Of a stretch of DNA of 64,000 nucleotides, positions 55,827-64,000 are shown piece after piece; the first letter of the stretch is position 1, and each line of letters opens with the position of its first letter. The notes beneath the pieces were generated by a model that worked only from the letters and a program-made list of their open reading frames with translations, was not told the DNA's origin and ran no database searches. Made by a program: the position numbers and the translations under genes. The DNA comes from Octopus sinensis (Eukaryota): positions 57,846,001 through 57,910,000 of the forward strand of contig NC_043007.1 of NCBI RefSeq assembly GCF_006345805.1, given 5' to 3'.

Positions 55827-56221
55827 TTATATAAACACCCGAAGCGGACAAACACCCGCAAGCATTTATGAATAGCATATGTTTATAAACAAACACATCC
55901 GCCCAGAGACAGAAAGACAGACAGACACACGTACACACACACACATACACACTCGTACACACACACACACATACACACACACACAAACACGCAGGCGCGC
56001 GCACACACTCATATGATAGTAGATATAGAACACATAAATCCTGCATTCCTTATCATATACATAACACGTTTATGTATAATATATAGGTATGAACATGTGG
56101 GTGCATGCATGTATGTATGGTTGTGTATACGCACATATAAATGCATATTTTTATGTGTTTGTATATATATATATATTATATATATATATATATAATATAT
56201 ATATATATATAATATATATAT

Positions 56222-56425
56222 ACTCTTTTGCACGTTTCAGTCATTTGACTGTGGCCATGCAGGAGCACTGCCTTTAATCGAACAAATCGACTCCAGCACA
56301 ACTTGTTCTTTGTAAGCCTAGTACTTATTCTATCGGACGCCTTTGCCGAACCGGTAAGTTTCGAGGACATAAACACTCCAATATCGGTTGTCAAGCGATG
56401 GTGGGGAAACAAGCACAGACACAAA
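56222..56425 (-). mobile_element. SINE-A right module
   Basis: GTTTCAGTCATTTGACTGTGGCCATGCAGGAGCAC..CGGTTGTCAAGCGATGGTGGGG. Confidence 0.85.
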
Positions 56426-56506
<81 letters not shown>

Positions 56507-56518
56507 ATATATAATACT

Positions 56519-56574
<56 letters not shown>

Positions 56575-56587
56575 ATATATATATACT

Positions 56588-56621
<34 letters not shown>

Positions 56622-57059
56622 TATATATATATATATACTTATATACTCATATAAAGGGAAAGCTTACGAAAACAAGCAAAAGACGAAGGCAGGTGGTGTA
56701 CAAACAAGCAGATGTATTAGTATAGCGCTCAGGAATAGAAAAAGTATTTTACTTTTCGAGCCTACGCTCTTCTACAGAAAGATGCACAGAAAAAAATGAG
56801 GAGAGAAACAAGGAGAGAAAAAAATGTGTCTAGTAGCTAACGATCTATCATGGCGTTTGGTCATAAGTATATATATATATACTTATATACTTATATACTT
56901 ATAGGCGCATGTACGTGGGTGTGCTTAGTGGTCATCCCTTCTTATACGCATGTAATACAATTTTTCTGAGTTTTCAGATCTTTCTATATGCTAGGCTACT
57001 GGTTTTAAATTGTTGTTGATTAAATTAATATTCAATTTATCACCCTCATTATATATATA

Positions 57060-57318
57060 TATTAAATATGACAACAATGAAAGAGACCTCGATATTATGT
57101 AAATAGAGGAATTTATCTGTAAATGTAATATGTGACAATTATTCGGTAGTCATGATAAAACTCCGAGTTTCGGATGCCGGGGTGGAAACCCACGCCGCTA
57201 ACTCTTCAGTTATCCGGCCATCGGAAAAAATGTTATGAAAATGACCGTTAAACAAAGGGAAATTACTGTATGATTGACCGTTATTAAGACAAAAGAGCTA
57301 TTAGAATGACCGTTAAGT
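57060..57318 (-). mobile_element. Another Penelope-like terminal repeat ending in (TA)n
   Basis: Contains the hammerhead-like motif at 57154-57214; triple TAACGGTCA upstream on the minus strand; 3' end runs into (TA)n at ~57060. Confidence 0.55.
57154..57214 (-). ncRNA. Type-I hammerhead-like motif
   Basis: GATAA CTGAAGA G[..GTGG-GTTT-CCAC..]C GAA ACTC-G-GAGT T TTATC: 5-bp stem I, near-palindromic stem III, partly decayed stem II. Confidence 0.62.
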
Positions 57319-57382
57319 GAGGGGAGGGAGTAAAGATAAGGGAGTAAAAAAGTTCATAGTATTCGCGTATATATATACATAT

Positions 57383-57785
57383 AGGCGTAGGAGTGGCTGT
57401 GTGCTAAGTAGGTTGCTTACCAACCACATGGTTCCGGGTTCAGTCCCACTGCGTGGCACCTTAGGCAAGTGTCTTCTACTATAGCCTCGGGCCAACCAAA
57501 GCCTTGTGAGTGGATTTGGTAGACGGAAACTGAAAGAAGCCCGTCGTATATATGTATGTGTGTGTATATGGTTGTGTGTCAGTGTTTATCCCTCCAACAT
57601 CACGTGACAACCGATGCTGGTGTGTTTACGTCCCCGTTACTTAGCGGTTCAGTAAACGGCGACTGATAGAATAAGTACTAGGCTTACAAAGAATAAGTCC
57701 TGGGGTTGATTTGCTCGACTAAAGGCGGTGCTCCAGCATGGCCGCAGTCAAATGACTGAAACAAGTAAAAGAAAGAATAAAAGAA
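57383..57785 (+). mobile_element. SINE-A, young full-length copy
   Basis: GGCGTAGGAGTGGCTGTGTG..GGTTCAGTCCCACTGCG..CCAGCATGGCCGCAGTCAAATGACTGAAACAAGTAAAAG. Confidence 0.92.
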
Positions 57786-58886
57786 TATATATACATTATA
57801 TATATGATATATATGACACACACACACACGTATATATGAGTTTGTGTGTGCCTGTGTGGTGCATAGCAGACACATTAATATTCATATATCTAGCATCCAT
57901 CTGTGTGCGTGTGTATATATACATGCACATACACACACGCACACACACATACACACACACACAGGCACATGCACACACACATACACACATACACACATAC
58001 AAGTCATTCACCGACCAATAACATGCCCACAAACGCAGCCTAATACGCTGCCATTTAAGTCATTTCAGTATTTCGGACGATGAAATGCTTCTTCCTCAAA
58101 TTAACTTCATCATTATCCGTTTGCCAGATTTACTTCTTTATTTATTATCTTGCACCCTTCTTTATGTTCTTTTTGTTATTTCTCTTTATAATTTTAATAT
58201 TTATTCTTTTATATCGCATTTTCTTTATCCAACGCTTTTCTCCATTTTGTTGATGTTTTAGAAGTTTGAGGATTTTTTTGTATTTTGTATTATACATAAT
58301 TATACTTTATTTATTATTTTTTTAAAGTTCTTTTTATTTTCATTTTTTTTTCCTACCGCCTCTTTATCCTCCTCTTCTCTCATCCAACACCAGTCCACTT
58401 CCCTCTTCTTCCCGCTACCCCACGGAAGATTTAATAACCACACCCGTTAGACTTGAACCTGTTCTTACAAAAGACGACGACCACCCACACCAGTCTCTCT
58501 CTCCCTCATTCTCCTCCCCCTCTCCCTTTCTCTCTCTCCATCCCTTCCTCTCTCACTCCCCCTCTTTCCTCCTTCCTCTCTCTCTCTCTCTCTCTTTCGT
58601 TGGGTCTCAGCTGACATGGTAATATTGCTGTCAAATAAAGGCTAAACAATAAGGGGTGATGCGGAGTTTTGTTCTGTTGATGGACCAGTGAACTGATCGG
58701 TTGCTTCCTATAACCAGCTTTATCCCTTATCCACCCACACATAAACACCATCTTTTGCCGAACCTTCTCTTCCCAACTCTTGTTATAGTCACCTTCGACA
58801 TACGCTTTAATACACGAATCTACGATATGATGGCTGTGATAAATATGTTACAAAAAATGTCTATAGATACTTGCGCGCGCGAACAT

Positions 58887-58918
<32 letters not shown>

Positions 58919-58988
58919 ACACAATCACACACACACTCACACACACAATCACACACACACTCACACACACACACGCACACACATACAT

Positions 58989-59207
58989 GGATTTTGGCAC
59001 AAGGGTAGTAATTTCTGAGTAGAGGATAAGTGGATCCCAGTGCTCAACTGGTTCTTATCTTATCGATACTCCCCGCCCCCGCCCACCGAAATGAATGAAA
59101 AGCAATGTCTACCTTGGCGGAATTTGAACTCAGAACAAATGGATAGACAGACGAAACGCCGCTAAGCATTTTGCCCGGCGTGGTAACGATTCTGCTAGCT
59201 CGCCGCC

Positions 59208-59209
<2 letters not shown>
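58989..59209 (-). mobile_element. SINE-B copy
   Basis: Reverse complement TAAGGCGGCGAGCTAGCAGAATCGTTACC..GAGTTCAAATTCCGCCAAGG. Confidence 0.82.
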
Positions 59210-59259
<50 letters not shown>

Positions 59260-60913
59260 TCAAATGAGTTGGGTGACCCTTTCGTTTGTCCACTCACTCG
59301 CGCGTGTGTGTGTGTGTGTGCGTGTGTCTTGCGACCCCACTGACATACCAAACTCTCCCATGTCTTCACACCTACACCCCCACATATATACATACGAGTG
59401 AGTGGACACACATAACGCGAATTAAAAGTATATTTGAGTTCTAACAACTGGTTATTGGTCCTTTTAAGAGATTAAAGTCATTACAAATACTCTATCTGCC
59501 GATAAGGCTCACTTTTGTATATGATGTACTCCTACATTACAAGCATATATTTTTGGGGGATGGGTCGAATATTCGTATATTTCATCATACGCATATTGAA
59601 AGGCGTTTTAAAGTAATTTTGTAAGGAGAAAATGTATAATTTGCACATGAATATAATACGGCGATAGTTACCGTATTTGAATTTCATCTCCCTTTAGATC
59701 AGCTGTACAGCTGTTTATATTTTGGTCAAGAGAAATGGCTCGTATTTGGGGCTATGGTGTCTTATGGTACCGCTATCGGCCATCAAAGTGGTGTACAATT
59801 GCTATCGTTAAGTTGTCATCTTCTCATTGCAAATAGCTGAAAGGCGAATGAAAAGTTAATTGTCTTTCAAGCTTTCTAGGAGAATTTTTGTTTGGATAAT
59901 TATTTAGAACATGTTTTTTAAAGGTAACACAGTTATGAAATAATGTAAGACACATAAGCTTAGGTTACGTAAAGCTTAGAAAGAAGATATAATGAGATGA
60001 TGTAACAGTTCAGCAAAAAGAGTCGATAGGGTAAGTACCAGATTTACAAAGAAGAACTATGGTTGACTTGTTCGATTAAATCATTTAAGTAGGTGTTCCA
60101 CCATGTTTGCAGTCAATGACTGAAACAAGTGAAAGATAAAACGATTACATAGTTTATCAAAACTACATTGAAGTAATGTGTAGCGCCATCTAAACACGAC
60201 TGTTTTTCTTAGGAAGCGACAATGCTGCCATTTCAATCCCGAGAGGACACCTCCTCCAGCTGGTTATGCACTGCACTCTTCACTCGATATATATTGCAAG
60301 CGAGGAGAGAACCCAGACACCATCAGACTGTATGGTTTCAACCTTCTTATGGTCATACATATTCGTCCGCTAGATATAGCTGTAGTTCACACCAGCTCGC
60401 ATTTTTAAAGACAGTTAGGATGAGTGAGATTTAGCTGCTGTTTCGAGCATTATATAGGGACCTTCTTTGTTAGCGTCCTATAGTTAACTACGGCTGTTGT
60501 TGTATTGATTTCGTTACGACGACGCTCTCTCATAAACGAAAACAAGAGTCAAAATGATGGCTGCCTAGAATTTTACGAGCGTCAGTGTCACGTGATAAGG
60601 CAACACTTTAAACGTTGAGAGCGGCTAAAAGTCATAAACTGCCCGATACTCACATCACACGCAGCTAATTGACGCAGGTCACGTGGTACACACCGTTTTC
60701 ACCAAACGCTTTCCCCCACCTCAACGCATGAAGTTGTCACTTTTGAGTTAATGTTTTTCATGGTATTGTGGCTGTGCGACCGTGTGTAGATGTGTGTGTG
60801 TGTGCATGTGTGTGTGTGTGTGCGTGTGCGTGAGAGACGGAGCGCGCACATGTTTTAATGTGCATGCATGTGCGTATGTGTTTGTGTTTGTGTGTGCGTA
60901 TGTGTGTGTGTGC

Positions 60914-60971
<58 letters not shown>

Positions 60972-61396
60972 ACGAGAGATGGTGAGAATGTGTACAATTG
61001 TATGTCTGATCGTATGAATGTCTGTATGTATGTGTGTGTGAGTGTGCGTGCATGTGAGTACATGTGTATGCGTTTCTGCGCCCTAGTGCACGTTATGCAT
61101 GCTTCTAAACCTGTACATGCGTATAAATATTTACGAGTATATATATATACGTGTGTGTGTGTGCGTGTGTACACATATCACCAATATAGGTGAAGTTAAT
61201 ACCTTAAGGGTGCCGTCAGCATACTAAATACATGTGTACTAGAGTCTCGCACATGTAAAGAGTTGGAAAATTGATTCATCGAGAATGCCCATGCAATGAA
61301 GAGACAAAACCGTTCCCAGAAATGCTCGAAATCTAAGGCCAGTGAAGAAATAGAACTAATTAAATCACTTGATAAAATTTTTTTAACAATATATAT

Positions 61397-61697
61397 AAAA
61401 TTATAATTTAGGGTATCTAAGAGATACCTCCACGCTGGAAATAGCAGCCAAAACTTCACTCTAAAACCACATTTAATGTTCATACAGCACTAGGAGAGAA
61501 GACAAAAGGACAAAATAAGCTACCAAAAAATTACTGGATAATTCCAGATCCCGGATTTCTGATTTTGCATAAGAAATGCTTTGCCTCATCAGTGGAATAT
61601 ACACAGAGTAACATAAATTTAATGTGGTTTTGGAGTCAAGTTTTGGCTGCTATTTCCAGAGCGGAGGTATCTCTTAGATACCCTAAATTATAATTTT
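61397..61697. repeat. Fold-back/MITE-like element with 77-bp inverted arms
   Basis: 61397-61473 versus 61621-61697, 4 substitutions; each arm has an internal GGTATCT-AAG-AGATACC palindrome. Confidence 0.88.
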
Positions 61698-62032
61698 AAT
61701 TCTAATTATCTTTGAAGGTTTTTATTCCCATACTGGCCACATGATAAGATCGATATTTGAATTAACGATCTTATCCTTATTTATATATATATATATGTGT
61801 GTGTGTGTATGTGTGTGTGTGTGTGTGTGTGTGCGTATGTAATTTCTTTAGAAACTATAATTTGTTTGAAAGATTCTTTCTTTAGATGAAGTAAAATTCC
61901 GAATAGGTAGTAAGACAATGTGCAGTCTTAGAAGATAACATATCGGAAAAAAACTATTGTCCTAATATACGTCAACTAACCATAATTTACTATACTGAAA
62001 AGGTTAAATAAAAGAGAAACATGTTTATTGTT

Positions 62033-62189
62033 AGGAGTGGTTGTGCGGTAAGAAGCTTGCTTCCTAACCACATGGTGCTGGGTTCAGTCCTATTGCGTGC
62101 CACCTCGGGCAAGTGTCTTCTTCTGTAGTCTCAGGCCGACTAAAGCCTTGTGAGTGGATTTGGTAAACGGAAACAGAGAGAATCCCCGT

Positions 62190-62236
<47 letters not shown>

Positions 62237-62305
62237 ATATATATATAGATAGATAGATACATTCATACATACATACATACATACATACATACATACATAC
62301 ATACA

Positions 62306-62336
<31 letters not shown>

Positions 62337-62468
62337 GTATGTGTGTATTTGTGTATCTGTTTGTCCCCCTACCATGGCTGGACAACCGATGTTTTGCAGT
62401 CAATTTATTCGACTAAAGATGGTGCTCCAGCATGGCCGCAGTCAAATGGCTGAAACAAGTAAAAGAAA
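62033..62468 (+). mobile_element. SINE-A copy with an expanded compound internal microsatellite
   Basis: Head AGGAGTGGTTGTGCGGTAAG..GGTTCAGTCC; tail CCAGCATGGCCGCAGTCAAATGGCTGAAACAAGTAAAAG. Confidence 0.88.
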
Positions 62469-62659
62469 AATATATTAGCAATATGGCAGTGAATCTGGTC
62501 TTGTATTTAAAGCAACAGACATGTTTCCCTTTTATTTAACCTCTTCCGCGGAGAAAATTCTGCTCAGTTGATGTATATAATTAGGACAATGGTTTTTCCG
62601 AGAAGTTGTCTTCTAAGACTGTAAGCTTATAGCGGGACCTGAATTCGATATACAAGCGG

Positions 62660-63521
62660 GCTGAAATAAGCAACATGCAGTTTAATGCTGGAAAATTTCA
62701 AGCACTGCACTGTCAACTCACGAATGCGCTACAGCCTGCATATACAAGATGCGAAAGCATTACAATCCCAGAGTCACTGGCAGTGAAAGACTTGAGCATC
62801 AGCATATGCAATAACGCATCATTTTATATGCTTATTACCAAGATGGCAATAAAGTGCAACCAACTGGTAGGATGGATACTGAAGTCTTTCAAGACAAGAT
62901 ACCCTGTGGAGAACCTTTGTTCTCAGCTGCCTGGGCTACTGCTGCCAGTAATGGTCACCACATGGTGCCAATCTAACAACAGAGCTTGAAAAAGCCCAAC
63001 TCTAAGTGATTGAAACACTGCAACGGATGAGTTACAAGGATAAGCTGAGAAAATTGCAACTTTACTCCCTGGAGCGATGGCGTGACAGATATGTTAATAA
63101 TCTTCATATATAAAATTCTAGAAGGGCTAGTACCTGAATTCGGCATTGAGTGTTATACAAATGCCAGACCTGACCGCCATTGTACTGTACTAAAGGTACC
63201 AACAACTCCATCCAAATTCAGGGTCAGGTACCGCAAAACTCTTGGATTCAAAGGCCCACAGTTCTTCAATTCCCTGCCACAAAAATTATGAAAACTGCAT
63301 AAGGTGGAAGTAGATGTCTTCAAAAAAGGAACTAGACATCTTCCTCTCTACAATACTGGATGAGCCAACAGCCCATAAGGTGCAGACAGGGCCAGCGGAA
63401 TCAAACTCCCTTATTCACCAAATGGGCCAACAGCTGGGACAAAGACATAGGAGTGGTGATAAGAAACTCCCCCAGACTGAGGGAACCAGAAAGACCACGG
63501 TCGTGCTCCAGCATGACCGCA
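62660..63521 (+). mobile_element. 3' part of a CR1-group LINE (RT C-terminus plus 3' UTR)
   Basis: MQFNAGKFQ, VKDL, QLVGWILKSFKTR, LYSLE, IYKILEGLVP, GFKGPQFFNSLP, ELDIFLSTILDEP..SNSLIHQ. Confidence 0.85.
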
Positions 63522-63527
63522 TCCTTG

Positions 63528-63998
63528 CTACATCCTTCCTACATCCTTGCTACATTCACCCATCTTTTTTTTAAAACATTCACTAGACAAAACTTGCCTC
63601 TCTACTCTCATTTTCCTCTTCAAGTGATACTTGAAGAAGTTGATGAGAGATTGACCAGAGAGGAAACTGTTTGTCTCTAATCCTTTCAGGCGCGTCCACC
63701 AGATACATTCTTTCGCCATAGCCACAAGTATGATAAAAATAGCTCTTCCTTCCCGTTTGAAGGAAGGAGGCGTGACGATATTAACGATAGACTCGGCTGA
63801 TAAACCGACACGTCCCACATGTGACAGCAGTCGTTCGACATAAGCCCACAGGTCGGAGATTGTTGGACACTGTACGATTGCGTGCAGAACGGTTTCGTCG
63901 CTCTGCCCGCATCTCGGGCAGGTCGGCTCCGTGTTTCTCGAGCCATGCCTATAGGGCTTATCCCGAACGGGTAGCGCTTCTCGGTAGCACTGCCAGGC
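63528..63998 (-). mobile_element. 3' end of a Tx1/L1-group LINE ORF2 (zf-RVT), running off the window edge
   Basis: 157 codons open: AWQCYREALPVRDK..CPRCGQSDETVLHAIVQC..LW..KECIWWTR; one extra A near the end shifts the expected FKKRW. Confidence 0.85.
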
Positions 63999-64000
63999 CA

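Noticed and set aside
54997-55875. 292-aa and 191-aa ORFs
   Set aside because: They arise from a stop-poor polypyrimidine tract and CA repeats; no protein-like composition

Overview
Eukaryotic, very AT-rich, microsatellite-saturated non-coding DNA. The repeat families and the simple-repeat load look like an octopus/cephalopod genome; this is inference from pattern recognition, not a database hit. I found no host protein-coding gene I can support, and most of the supplied ORFs are translations of microsatellites. The window is a transposon graveyard. It holds a frameshifted R4/Dong-type RLE non-LTR element ending in (AAT)n (about 15.3-19.0 kb) and a Helitron with both canonical ends, an internal inversion and a probable spliceosomal intron (27575-31698). 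It also holds RTE, CR1 and Tx1/L1 LINE fragments, mariner and Tc1 relics, a Penelope GIY-YIG fragment, several MITE/fold-back structures, and dozens of copies of at least three tRNA-derived SINE families (working names A, B, C) plus two unclassified interspersed families (E, F). The most interesting signal is about a dozen minimal type-I hammerhead-ribozyme-like motifs from several distinct Penelope-like repeat families. They show covarying stem I, palindromic stem III, an extra nucleotide after A9 in most copies, and an A6U core variant shared by three copies of one family. Several sit in head-to-head inverted pairs next to (TA)n. Coordinates of degenerate repeats are approximate, and all protein and RNA-motif assignments were made by eye.
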